Below are positions 8,676 through 18,776 of a stretch of 57,720 bases of DNA, in pieces (position 1 is the first letter of the stretch; every line of letters begins with the position of its first letter). A model generated the notes under the pieces. It saw nothing but the letters and a program-made list of their open reading frames with translations, ran no database searches and was not told the DNA's origin. The stretch is from a virus (lineage: Duplodnaviria; Caudoviricetes). The position numbers and the translations under genes were made by a program. The DNA is taken from positions 1 through 57,720 of the IMG/VR virus record IMGVR_UViG_3300009181_000083; one strand, given 5' to 3'.

Positions 8676-10555
8676 AAAAGAAAAAAGTTCTATTTCATTC
8701 TGATTTTGCGTTATCTAAGACTGGCTTCGGTAGGAATACTAAAGCCATTCTTTCTTATCTACATAAGACCGATAAATACGACCTAGTGGCTTTGAGTGGG
8801 GGGATAACTAAGTCTCACCCAGAGTTGGAGAGAACCCCATGGAAAAGTTATGGCACTGTTCCAAATTCGGGACCAGAGGCTCAAGACTGCAATAGCAACC
8901 CAGACAGAGGAAGAATGTATGGCTATGGAGCTTTTGAGATTGACAGAATCATCGAGGCTGAAAAACCAGATGTATACATAGGCGTGCAAGATTTTTGGGG
9001 CCTCGATTATACCATAAGTAAACCTTGGTTTAATAAAATCACCTCTGTCATTTGGACAACTCTAGACTCCTTACCTCTTCTACCAAATGCTGTTTCAGAA
9101 GCTCCAAAAATTAAAAACTATTGGATATGGTCCAATTTTGCAACAAAAGAAATGCACAGACTTGGACATGCTCAAGTAAAGACTCTGCATGGAGCAGTTG
9201 AGGTTTCTGATTTTAAAATCTTTTCTCAAGAACAAAAAACTAAATTAAGAAAACAAAATAACATATCAGAAAATGATTTCATTATAGGATACGTTTTCAG
9301 GAATCAGTTGAGGAAGTCTGTTCCAAATCTTCTTCAAGGATTTAAAATATTTAAAGATTCCAACCCGAACCGTTCTCCAAAACTTTTACTTCACACTAGC
9401 TGGCAAGAAGGCTGGAACATTCCTAAGTTGTGTGCCGAGTCCGGCGTTGATTTAAAAGACATTCTTACTACTTACGCTTGTAGGAGCTGTAGCGGATATG
9501 AAATTAAAAATTTTCAAGGCGTAGAAGCTCCTTGCGTAAGTTGCCAAAGTAGAAATAGCAGCGTCACAACGTCAACAAGTTTCGGAATCTCAGAAGCCCA
9601 ACTAAATGAAGTCTACAATTTGATGGATGTGTATTGTCATCCTTTTACAAGCGGCGGACAAGAGATCCCAATTCAAGAAGCTAAGTTAACAGGCTTAATT
9701 ACTTTGGTTACTAACTATAGTTGCGGCCAAGAGATGTGTGAGCCGGAAGCCGCCTCTATTCCATTGGAGTGGAGTGAGTATCGAGAGTTCGGCACGGAAT
9801 TCATAAAAGCTTCTACTTGTCCAAAATCTATAGTCAAAAGTCTTGAGCTTGTGTGGAAAATGGACAAAGCAGAAAGAGAGAAGCTCGGAAGGCAGGCTCG
9901 AAAATGGACGATTAATAATTTTTCGACTTCTGTAATCGGAGGAAGAATTGAAGAGTTTTTAGACTCTTGTGAGTTTTCTAATTACAATCCAGATGATCTC
10001 AATTTATCAGCTCAAAACAATCCCAACGCTATCATTTACCCCTTAGATGACAATGTTTTATGGGTGAAGTCTTTATATTCTTTGATTTTAATAAGAAATG
10101 TTTCTGATAATGACGAAGGGTTAATTCACTGGATTGAAAAATTAAGAATTGGCGTCCCCAGGTCTGATATAGAAAACTACTTTAGACAAGTCGCCAGCAC
10201 TGAAAATCAAAAAGACACGCGCAAACAAAATGACAAACCATTTAGAATCAAAGATTTATTTGCAAACACTATTCCCGAAGACCGTATTTTTGTATCTATA
10301 GATTCTTCTCTAGAAAATGCATTCTTAGCAACAAAAATTATAGACTCCATCAAAAACAAATATCCAAATAAAAAAATCTTTGCGGCGTCGAACGAGGCCT
10401 GCTTACCCTTATTCTTAGGAAACTCGAACATAGAAGCCGCACTTCTTCCAGTCAGAGAGTTCCAAGAAGGGCAATTCCTTCAGGAGAATTTCTATGAGTC
10501 TTATTGCTTGGATAATTTTTCTATCAGAAACGGGCATTCTCTTTTTATCAAATGA
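8669..10555 (+). CDS. GT-B (GT4-like) glycosyltransferase with a Zn-ribbon insert, a DUF4214-like domain and a GT9-like N-terminal half at its C-terminus
   Basis: TGFGR, RNQLRKS, YNLMDVYCHPFTSGGQEIPIQEA; CRSC..CVSC; WVKSLYSLILIR..EGLIHW; IKNKYPNKKIF..LFLGNSNI. Confidence 0.8.
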   Translation: MVKKKKVLFHSDFALSKTGFGRNTKAILSYLHKTDKYDLVALSGGITKSHPELERTPWKSYGTVPNSGPEAQDCNSNPDRGRMYGYGAFEIDRIIEAEKPDVYIGVQDFWGLDYTISKPWFNKITSVIWTTLDSLPLLPNAVSEAPKIKNYWIWSNFATKEMHRLGHAQVKTLHGAVEVSDFKIFSQEQKTKLRKQNNISENDFIIGYVFRNQLRKSVPNLLQGFKIFKDSNPNRSPKLLLHTSWQEGWNIPKLCAESGVDLKDILTTYACRSCSGYEIKNFQGVEAPCVSCQSRNSSVTTSTSFGISEAQLNEVYNLMDVYCHPFTSGGQEIPIQEAKLTGLITLVTNYSCGQEMCEPEAASIPLEWSEYREFGTEFIKASTCPKSIVKSLELVWKMDKAEREKLGRQARKWTINNFSTSVIGGRIEEFLDSCEFSNYNPDDLNLSAQNNPNAIIYPLDDNVLWVKSLYSLILIRNVSDNDEGLIHWIEKLRIGVPRSDIENYFRQVASTENQKDTRKQNDKPFRIKDLFANTIPEDRIFVSIDSSLENAFLATKIIDSIKNKYPNKKIFAASNEACLPLFLGNSNIEAALLPVREFQEGQFLQENFYESYCLDNFSIRNGHSLFIK

Positions 10556-11706
10556 ACTTATTAAAATCTTTCAGCATCACAACTAACGTTACTCCGGGTA
10601 AATCGTTTATATATGATAAATTTTATCCTTTAGATTTTGATAACTATATCGTCTTAGACACTCAATCTTTGGAAGGAAATCTTCATTACGTATTTTGGTT
10701 TAGGGTTATTGAATTGATCGAGCCGTTCTTCGATAAGGAAAATATAAAAATAGTTCATTTCGTAGAAAATAAAAATTACCATTTTAAACATACTTATATT
10801 AACAATTCAGCGTCTTTGAGTGAAAAAGCTTACATATTAAAAAGAGCGAAGTTTTTTTGCGGATCTTCTAAATTGTATTCTTTGATCTGTTCGGAAAGCA
10901 ATGTTAATCAATGCTTTATAAAAACCGACTACTCTTTAGATAATACTTTGTGTTCCGAGGCTCAAACGATCCATTCGTCTAAAGTTTTTAAAAATTTCGT
11001 AAACCCAACCGGAATTAAAATTAACAACATCCGACCAGAATTCATAGCTCAAAAGATTATTAAATTGTTTTTTGATAAAGACGTCGAGTTCCAAAACACT
11101 CTGTCTATTGGGAAGATGTATGCGACGCAAACTTTAGAATTGATCCCCAATTGCTCCTTCTCTATTACGGATGGTCGGACAGACGAAATTATCGTTAGAA
11201 TGGATGAGTTTTTCTCAGAAGTTCATCTAGAAAAGCAATTAAATATAGCAAAAGTTTCCATCGTCACAAACAAGCCCATAAATAAAAACATACTAACAAA
11301 ATACCGAAGTCAAATTAAAAAAATCTATTTCAAAGTAGAAAAAAATTCAGACAATAGTTTCGTAAAAGAACTAGAAAATTTAAAATTTAATTACGAAATC
11401 TTAACCGCTCTCGAGGAGGACGATCTCAATAAAGAAAAAATAAAATACATAAATCATAGAAAAATAAATAAATTAAGTTTTTCAGATATGAAATTCTTAG
11501 ATGGTCTTGATTTATCTAAAGTTGTTTTCAAATCTAATAAAATTACAATAAAGAATGAAAAAACTTATCCAAGTAAATGGCACGCTAGGATGAATTTAAG
11601 CTGCCCCGACGTTAGGGTTGAAGCTTTTTCTTTGCCTCCCGTGATAAACGAGTCTTTTAAGGAGGATTCTGATTATTTTTATTTCTTGACGTCAGAACAG
11701 TTGTGA
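10552..11706 (+). CDS. Glycosyltransferase-related protein (degenerate GT9-like C-terminal half plus an unknown domain)
   Basis: YIVLDT..FW..SLSEKAYILKRAKFFCG..INNIRPEFIAQKI resembles the GT9 C-terminal Rossmann domain; ATGA-coupled to the upstream GT. Confidence 0.5.
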   Translation: MNLLKSFSITTNVTPGKSFIYDKFYPLDFDNYIVLDTQSLEGNLHYVFWFRVIELIEPFFDKENIKIVHFVENKNYHFKHTYINNSASLSEKAYILKRAKFFCGSSKLYSLICSESNVNQCFIKTDYSLDNTLCSEAQTIHSSKVFKNFVNPTGIKINNIRPEFIAQKIIKLFFDKDVEFQNTLSIGKMYATQTLELIPNCSFSITDGRTDEIIVRMDEFFSEVHLEKQLNIAKVSIVTNKPINKNILTKYRSQIKKIYFKVEKNSDNSFVKELENLKFNYEILTALEEDDLNKEKIKYINHRKINKLSFSDMKFLDGLDLSKVVFKSNKITIKNEKTYPSKWHARMNLSCPDVRVEAFSLPPVINESFKEDSDYFYFLTSEQL

Positions 11707-11713
11707 CTAATAT
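11686..11713 (+). promoter_or_regulatory. sigma70-like promoter, probably leaderless
   Basis: TTGACG (11686-11691), 16 nt, TAATAT (11708-11713); the ATG follows 6 nt later at 11720. Confidence 0.5.
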
Positions 11714-11719
11714 TAAAAT

Positions 11720-12427
11720 ATGAGTAGCGTTCCACTAAAGATTTTTAAAAGAAACGAATTCGGTCTTCTTTCCGAGCCACCTATTCCTTACGTGTATAAC
11801 GAAGATGGGTCGGTTAATTGGCGCAAAATGGTCAGACCCGAGTTCCTCGTTCCAAACAAGCAAAGGACTCAAGAGACCGACATTTCCAAACTAGAAGATA
11901 AGGATCTGCTAATCCTTCTCGGGGGCATTAAGGAACTTGCTCAAATTCGCGGATTCACCTCCGTTGGTTATTCGGTGAACTCATCTTCGAGTGCGTATGT
12001 TATGGCTTCGTGTTCCATCCATTGGATCGGCAATTACGAGACTGATGGTGTTCCCGTTTCTTTCCAGTCTTTAGCTGACGCTTCTTTAGAGAACACTCAG
12101 AGCTTTGCTAGGATTTATTTAGCGGCCACAGCCGAAAATAGAGCGTTTGTCCGGTGCGTCAGGAACTTCTTAAAGATTAACATCGTCAGTCAAGAAGAGA
12201 TTGGCGCAAAAGTTGTTGAAGACTTAACTCCAGAAAATCCAGTTTCCCCAGCTGCCGTTCTGGCATCTCTGATGAGAGAAAAGGGTGTGTCGCTAGACTC
12301 AATTAAAAAGAAATTGCTCAAAGAAAAATACGAAAAAGCAGAAGAAATCGTCAACCTGGGCGACATTCCGAAACCAAAAATCTTTGAACTAATTGACCGA
12401 CTTAAGAAGTCCGCGAAGAACCCTTGA
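11720..12427 (+). CDS. Rad52/Sak-like single-strand annealing protein (putative)
   Basis: GIKELA..A.CSI..ADA..AENRAFVRCVRNFLKI..EEI resembles the AETRAxxRALR..EE motif of Rad52-superfamily annealases. Confidence 0.5.
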   Translation: MSSVPLKIFKRNEFGLLSEPPIPYVYNEDGSVNWRKMVRPEFLVPNKQRTQETDISKLEDKDLLILLGGIKELAQIRGFTSVGYSVNSSSSAYVMASCSIHWIGNYETDGVPVSFQSLADASLENTQSFARIYLAATAENRAFVRCVRNFLKINIVSQEEIGAKVVEDLTPENPVSPAAVLASLMREKGVSLDSIKKKLLKEKYEKAEEIVNLGDIPKPKIFELIDRLKKSAKNP

Positions 12428-12694
12428 TCACCACTTCCCGAGCGGACATTCCTCGAATTCGAATTGAGTTTTTGCGGAGACGAAGCAACCGCATTCAGCA
12501 CATCTTTTGGATGGTTTTATTAAAGAAGGGCACTTCTCGCAAATTGCAAGTCTTTCGGTTACCCTCTTTTCTTCTGAGACCGAGACTTTCGCCTGAATCG
12601 TATTCGACGCAGCTTTCCTAACTGTATTCGATAGGTTTTTGGACACTTTAAGCCCTTCTCTAAATAGATTTGCAAAATTTTTACTTACCGTCAT
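12428..12694 (-). CDS. Small Cys-rich protein (DUF6171-like)
   Basis: RLAICEKC..RCAECGCFV.AK..CPLGKW. Confidence 0.7.
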   Translation of the reverse strand: MTVSKNFANLFREGLKVSKNLSNTVRKAASNTIQAKVSVSEEKRVTERLAICEKCPSLIKPSKRCAECGCFVSAKTQFEFEECPLGKW

Positions 12695-15600
12695 ACTTGA
12701 ATAATTTGTGGGTAAAACCCAGCTAGTTGCGGAGAAATTGTAACCGATTTATACGACGAGCACGATGGACCGCAAAACTGTTCTTCGCCGCGAAACCTTC
12801 CATTAAAGCGATTATATACGTTAGCAGCTCCATTTGCCTCGAGGGTTCCTTGCGCCACGCCAACCTCAGTGCTAAATGTTCTACTTGCAATTTGGTCGGG
12901 CAAAGTTGATTGTGTAATTGCGTAAGCGCTCGACGTATCGTCGGCGCGACGTCCGTATGGACCGGGCTCTGGGGCGCAGTAGATGACAGGGTGACCATTT
13001 TCGACCTCGGCATTTGTCGTTCCGCAAGAACCAATCTCCGTCATAATTAAAAAGGGAGATTTTTCTGCGGCTGGTCTTCCTAAATTTAAATTCGAGATTA
13101 TCTGGTGAAAGAGAGGGTGAATTTGAGAAGTGACTGTAAAACTAGCTGAACTTTTACAAGATTGAATATAAACACCCCTTGGTATAGTAGCCGACTCTCT
13201 TACATACCCTCTACCAACAGTCTGGGCAGCGGAGACTTGAATATTAGCTCTCGTATTAACTAGACCATCCGTAGATGAGCTTGTCGAATGAGAATATTTT
13301 CCTCCTTCCGAGAAGGTTGAAGCTTTGCTTTCATAATAATTAGGATCCGGTTTGAAATAACAAGTTTCATTTTGTGACGTCTTAACTCTAAGAACTTGAG
13401 GGACAATTAATCTAACCTTATTTAAGTGATTTACTCCGATGGCTAATCTATTAAACATCTCAGCTCTCGGAGCCATATTTGGTAAAGCTCCGTAACCAAT
13501 TGTTCCGTCAGCTCTTTCCGACATCGGTAAAATCGTGAGCCAAGGCGTCCCTTTAGTTTTACTCGTAATTGACACTGCTGGACTTCCGTCAGGAATTATT
13601 TCTAAATCAACCAAAGCAAAAGCGGAATAATCAGTGACGGATAAGTTAGTGGGCACGACAGTGATCGAAGATGCGTCTTGAGACGACTCGACCAAGGAAG
13701 AGTCTCCGGAATCTTGGAATTCGCTAACTTCAAGATTCAGGTCTTGATTATAAATCGTTAGCTCGTCGTATAGACTTGAAATGTTTTCGGAATAAAGTTT
13801 TAGAATAATATCCCAAGTAGCATCTAAAGATTTTATAGCATTAGCTGCTACTTGATTAGGCGTCGTAATGTAAGGAAGGACTGAATTATTTTCCACTTCG
13901 GCATTCTCAATAGGATTATTTTGTAAATATTTGTCTATTTTCAGTTGTTGGCTTGCGGAGATACTTGCTTTTTTAATATCTTCTGATACGCTAGATAATC
14001 TAACTCCAAAATTTAACGAGGCTTTTAAATTAACCCTATCAAAAGATAAGTTTTTGATATTTAAAAATTGTTTATTTATGTTTAAATTTTTACTTGAGAT
14101 AACGTAATCCATCAATACGATTGGAATTATGTCAGATTCAGATTGCTCTCTTTTAATTTGTATTGTTTTGTATTGAGAGTATCCTTGACCTACAACACTT
14201 AGCTCAACTGACGATATCTTACCGTATTCATTTAGTTTGACAATGCCTTGGGCTTTTTCAGAACCTATTCCTGATTTTATTAAATTTGGATCACTTATTT
14301 CTAAATCTGGAGGAATTAAGAATACGTCGTCAGGTATTTTTGGTAATTCTATTGAATTAATTGTGCCCTGCAAAACGGGGTCAGAATAAAAAACCTCAAC
14401 TACCGAACTTAATTTATAAAAAATAGACAAATCAGACCGCTCCTGCGCAATAACATTTATGAAACTTTCATAAGTTAATACGTCTGTCAACTTATCAAAA
14501 CAAGCAAAACCTTTTTCGGGCAGTCTTATTCCTCTTAAATAGGGGCTGTCCAAGCCAAGAGACAGTTTGTTTTCGTCAATTCTCGCTGCGGCATTTTTAC
14601 CTAAAAATTTATCGTAGCAAATATATTTCCATTCATGAGGTATTAATAATTTATCAAATGAAAAAAGACCTGGCAGATTTGGACCGTTAGAGGTTGAGCA
14701 ATAAACTTCATGCTTTACGATCAATATCCTTAAGTTGTCTGAATAGTTGTCGCTTTCTTTTACTTGATTAAATAAATCAGCAGAAACAGCATCGTCATAA
14801 AGAATCCCAAGCACAAACAGATTATCTTCAGGATTATAGTGCTCTTCTTGAGTCAAGGTAATTTCTTTTGTTAAATCTGCATATGTTCCTGAATTTTTGT
14901 ATTGTACTTTTACCACCAGTAAATCTGTTCTTACGCTTACTTGGCCTGATAAAAAACTATAATTAAAAAAATCATCATTAATTTTCCAAAACAAAACAAC
15001 TAATTTATTTTTTTGATTGTCAGATCCGTCTAGTCTAGAAAATAAAATACATGGAAGAATTTCAGAGACGCAAGCCGGAAACATATATCCTTTAGTTTCT
15101 CCTTTAGTTTCTCCTTCTTTCTCTACGGATGTGTAATGAAAAAGCGTGCCTGGTGTTAGTCCGGCGACCTCCTCCGCGTTTAAAAAAAACTGATTTTTTT
15201 CATTGAAGGTTTTAGGCAAGCCATGCTTATCTTTAGAATTGCCTGCAATGACGAACTCTTCGGAAAATTTTGTTTTAATTTCGTATCTTAATCCTGCTGG
15301 ATTTTCATTATCTACAATCTCAGCTTCTGGAAAAGTTTGAGTTCCTTTTTTTGAAGGTCTTATTTGTATGTTTTCGAAAAGTAGGTCTTGTATCTCAAGA
15401 CTGAGGCTCCCAAATTGTTTAAATATAATTTCAACATAAAAATCAAAAACTCCGCCAATGAAATCTCTTTTGATATTTACTCCGCTTAATTCAAAATCAT
15501 ATTTACTTATCTCTCCGCCTACTAAAGTAAGTTTTGGATTGGCAGTGCTTATTAAGAAAACTTCCCAACTTTCAGACCCTTGTTTTCGATAGTAAAGTTT

Positions 15601-16077
15601 AATTTCATCCAAACGCCTAATCTCGAACTCTTCCACTTGTTTTGATTTATCTATCGTAACGATTGCGACAATACCACTTGACGAATCAGCCACTCGAGAA
15701 ACGACGAAAGACGCGGTTACCGGAACTGTTTCTGCATGCGTTGGTATTATTTCGCGTCTGACAGTGATTTTTACCGAAGACGCCATGATGTATCCACTAT
15801 TCTTCGCTTTGAGTTGAAATACTGTATCGAACTTTTGATCCCTAATACCGGACCATTCATTTTGTGTAGACACGTCGATAGACGTTGATATGCCATTAAT
15901 CGTTTGTATTAAACTTAACGTCGAGTAATTACTAGCAGAAAAAGCAATGCTAAATTTATTAAGATCCGCAAGATCTTGAACGTAATAAAATTGAATAATT
16001 ACAGGAGGATTCGAACCAATTTCCTGTTGCGGTTGGCCTTTGCTAACGCCAATTTCTCCCTTAACTTCAATTTTCAT
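12691..16077 (-). CDS. Large virion/tail-associated protein
   Basis: 1128 aa, beta-rich, in the structural operon; contains GSEKAQGIV..GKISSVEL..GQGYS, a repeat type seen in phage baseplate/structural proteins. Confidence 0.55.
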   Translation of the reverse strand: MKIEVKGEIGVSKGQPQQEIGSNPPVIIQFYYVQDLADLNKFSIAFSASNYSTLSLIQTINGISTSIDVSTQNEWSGIRDQKFDTVFQLKAKNSGYIMASSVKITVRREIIPTHAETVPVTASFVVSRVADSSSGIVAIVTIDKSKQVEEFEIRRLDEIKLYYRKQGSESWEVFLISTANPKLTLVGGEISKYDFELSGVNIKRDFIGGVFDFYVEIIFKQFGSLSLEIQDLLFENIQIRPSKKGTQTFPEAEIVDNENPAGLRYEIKTKFSEEFVIAGNSKDKHGLPKTFNEKNQFFLNAEEVAGLTPGTLFHYTSVEKEGETKGETKGYMFPACVSEILPCILFSRLDGSDNQKNKLVVLFWKINDDFFNYSFLSGQVSVRTDLLVVKVQYKNSGTYADLTKEITLTQEEHYNPEDNLFVLGILYDDAVSADLFNQVKESDNYSDNLRILIVKHEVYCSTSNGPNLPGLFSFDKLLIPHEWKYICYDKFLGKNAAARIDENKLSLGLDSPYLRGIRLPEKGFACFDKLTDVLTYESFINVIAQERSDLSIFYKLSSVVEVFYSDPVLQGTINSIELPKIPDDVFLIPPDLEISDPNLIKSGIGSEKAQGIVKLNEYGKISSVELSVVGQGYSQYKTIQIKREQSESDIIPIVLMDYVISSKNLNINKQFLNIKNLSFDRVNLKASLNFGVRLSSVSEDIKKASISASQQLKIDKYLQNNPIENAEVENNSVLPYITTPNQVAANAIKSLDATWDIILKLYSENISSLYDELTIYNQDLNLEVSEFQDSGDSSLVESSQDASSITVVPTNLSVTDYSAFALVDLEIIPDGSPAVSITSKTKGTPWLTILPMSERADGTIGYGALPNMAPRAEMFNRLAIGVNHLNKVRLIVPQVLRVKTSQNETCYFKPDPNYYESKASTFSEGGKYSHSTSSSTDGLVNTRANIQVSAAQTVGRGYVRESATIPRGVYIQSCKSSASFTVTSQIHPLFHQIISNLNLGRPAAEKSPFLIMTEIGSCGTTNAEVENGHPVIYCAPEPGPYGRRADDTSSAYAITQSTLPDQIASRTFSTEVGVAQGTLEANGAANVYNRFNGRFRGEEQFCGPSCSSYKSVTISPQLAGFYPQIIQV

Positions 16078-18776
16078 ATTATCGACTCAAATGAAACTTT
16101 TAAGACTAAATTTAAATCATCAAATGGACTATCAGCATTTACAGTAAAATAATAAAAATAATCATTATCTCTAACTAAAGTTACACCTTCTAAATCTAAG
16201 TTATTATCAGCAGACTCTATTAGTTCAAACTTTGGAGGAATAAACTTTGATATATACGTCAGATAATCATCAACAAGAATCTTCGAGTTATCAAAATCAT
16301 ACAACTGCAAAAATGCATAAACCTTTTCCCCTCGGTTGACGATTGTTGGGACGATAGCTTTCGCCGAATCTGAATAAAATTCAACTTCAGCAGACTTAGT
16401 CCTGCTCAACATTCCAAAAGTATTTGCAAAACTAGCTGTTGATATTTGTAAGTAAGCTTTGTTATGTGGGTAAATGCTCCGTCGATTTATGATGCGAATA
16501 ATTGCAGTTAAACTACTCCAGCCATTTGAAGTCGAAAATTTACTAGTTTGCACATCTTTTAGCTCTGAAGTCGTTGAATACGTCACTGCCTGCGATATCG
16601 GACCATACAAAACAGTATTTGATTCATTTACTATTCTATATTCTATTTCGCTAGCGTGGTCGTAATTGAAAGAAAATGTGGCAGACGGGTTTAAAGTGCC
16701 AAGGACCGCCTTCAATTGCTGTGTTACGCTCCCATTAAGGAGCACGTCGTCGGTGTAATTAAAAAAAGTAAAAGGAATAATAAATGGAGTTTTATTTTGC
16801 AATAAAGCTACTATTTCAATTTTCCCATTTGAGTCTAATAATTTATATAAGTCTGCTTTATTAAAAGTAAGTATTTCTGCGCTTGTTATTTTTCTAGCAT
16901 CCAAACTTCCAATTTTTAACCACATTTCGGAATATTCAGTTGGCAAAGTAAAAGTTAATTTAAATCCATAAGTAACATCTAAATAATCCGACGCTACTAA
17001 ATAATTGCCGAAGCTATCTTGCGTATAATTGGAGCCCTCTATAAAAGAAATAATATTACCCCCCTCGTCTCTAAAGTTGAAAAGAATTCCATTTCTATAC
17101 ACCCTGAATTGAAAAATAGGAATAACGGGGGGGCTAGTTATTTCAAAACTTCTACTTTCCGAATATGCTCCATTGAAATTGTGGAAATAATTATAAACTG
17201 TAAAATATAAAATTCCACTTTTACCAACAAGACTTATTTCAGTTCGCTGACTTGTGCCGTCTGTTGTATCTGTTACATCTACGCTAGTCCCGCCGGAAGA
17301 GAGGTCGTTAAAGTAATAAACTATTCGAGTCGCGTAATCTGTAACTATAAAAAGTTTGTCGTATCCGCCGCCGTTTATTCCGCCGCCGTGTAGACTTATA
17401 ATTTTTGGTTTTTTTGCTGTTATCGGAATGTCTAAAAAGTAATCCAAAGCATCGACATCAGTAGCCGTGACTTTGTAAACTTTAAACGCGAATGTAAAGC
17501 CAGTCACTTTTTCATCAAATCGATTGCTCGTATCGAGTGTCACAGCTAAGTATTTCGATAGATCCAACGCTTGAGCTTTATAAATTGTAGTTGCCGACTG
17601 AACCGATCCATTACTTATGAAAGATGTGTAAATTTGGTTAACGTTTACGTAATCGATGTTCCTAAAGTTATAGGCGTAGATGTCTACAGGGACAGTTTCG
17701 GCAGAGAAATCTTTATAAAAAACTAAAGGATTAACATGAGCTAGCCTTATTACCACCATTACAGTTTTAGCAGTTCCCTTTATGGGGCAGACTAATTGGT
17801 CAAAAAAAGAATAATGAGTGCCTTGGTAATTCACCAAAACAAATCCAATATCCAACGGATGGCAAGACATCGTATTCAGAAGAGCAACGTAACCTTCGCT
17901 GTCGCATAAATCAGGGTAGAAATCTTCTGAGACTAACTCTGTAAGGTCTTCTAAATCAGGATCCGAATTCTGGATAAGATTTTTAATTACTTTGCCATGA
18001 ATAACTTTACCGTCATTCAGCGCTAAGGTCGGAAAGAAATTGGTGCAAATTTCCATACGTAGTTCTTCTTTCCCTGCGTTCAAATAATATTTTTGATCGA
18101 CCCCACTATAGTAAAAATTATCAGCAAAACTTTCAGTGTATTCTCTTTGGCGATTTTCTATTACTATTAAATTTCTATAAAAGGCGACCTCAACAGAATC
18201 TTTTTTCTTAAAGCGAAAAGAAGATACAAGACATTTACGATATGCAATATGTAATACGTTGGATGGGAATGTGGATGAGTTAAAATTTGCATCAACGCTT
18301 GTTGGTAAATTTGCTAATTTATAAGAGTGATATTCGTAAAGTATTCCTTCGTATTCTCTGATCCAATACTCTAGAGTTGATTGGTTTAATCCTCCTCCTG
18401 GATTGCTTATAGTAGCGGTTCCAGTTCGTGATGGCCTCTTGTCTATTAGCCCACCCAAAGGGTCGTTTCGATCAATACAAGAATTTTCATTGCGCTCTAA
18501 ATTAATATAAATTCTACTAAGGTCTACGTCGCTAGCGTAAGGCTGATTTTCAAGACTCGTTAAATCAAAATTTAAGTTAATTAAATTATCATAAAAAGCA
18601 CTAGAGGAGTCTGTATAGTCCGCTTCCTGAGAGAATGCGTCTGAGCTAATAAGTTGTAATGAATTTTTTTGGAATACGAGTGCTGATCCTGTATTATTGA
18701 AAGATTCAACTCCGGTTGGGTCATAATTAATAAACTTAGCCTTCACATAAACAGATTTTGTAAGATTACTACTCAC
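16074..18776 (-). CDS. Putative virion structural protein
   Basis: 900 aa, beta-rich (Y/F/S/T/N), GTG start, overlaps both neighbours. Confidence 0.5.
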   Translation of the reverse strand: MSSNLTKSVYVKAKFINYDPTGVESFNNTGSALVFQKNSLQLISSDAFSQEADYTDSSSAFYDNLINLNFDLTSLENQPYASDVDLSRIYINLERNENSCIDRNDPLGGLIDKRPSRTGTATISNPGGGLNQSTLEYWIREYEGILYEYHSYKLANLPTSVDANFNSSTFPSNVLHIAYRKCLVSSFRFKKKDSVEVAFYRNLIVIENRQREYTESFADNFYYSGVDQKYYLNAGKEELRMEICTNFFPTLALNDGKVIHGKVIKNLIQNSDPDLEDLTELVSEDFYPDLCDSEGYVALLNTMSCHPLDIGFVLVNYQGTHYSFFDQLVCPIKGTAKTVMVVIRLAHVNPLVFYKDFSAETVPVDIYAYNFRNIDYVNVNQIYTSFISNGSVQSATTIYKAQALDLSKYLAVTLDTSNRFDEKVTGFTFAFKVYKVTATDVDALDYFLDIPITAKKPKIISLHGGGINGGGYDKLFIVTDYATRIVYYFNDLSSGGTSVDVTDTTDGTSQRTEISLVGKSGILYFTVYNYFHNFNGAYSESRSFEITSPPVIPIFQFRVYRNGILFNFRDEGGNIISFIEGSNYTQDSFGNYLVASDYLDVTYGFKLTFTLPTEYSEMWLKIGSLDARKITSAEILTFNKADLYKLLDSNGKIEIVALLQNKTPFIIPFTFFNYTDDVLLNGSVTQQLKAVLGTLNPSATFSFNYDHASEIEYRIVNESNTVLYGPISQAVTYSTTSELKDVQTSKFSTSNGWSSLTAIIRIINRRSIYPHNKAYLQISTASFANTFGMLSRTKSAEVEFYSDSAKAIVPTIVNRGEKVYAFLQLYDFDNSKILVDDYLTYISKFIPPKFELIESADNNLDLEGVTLVRDNDYFYYFTVNADSPFDDLNLVLKVSFESII

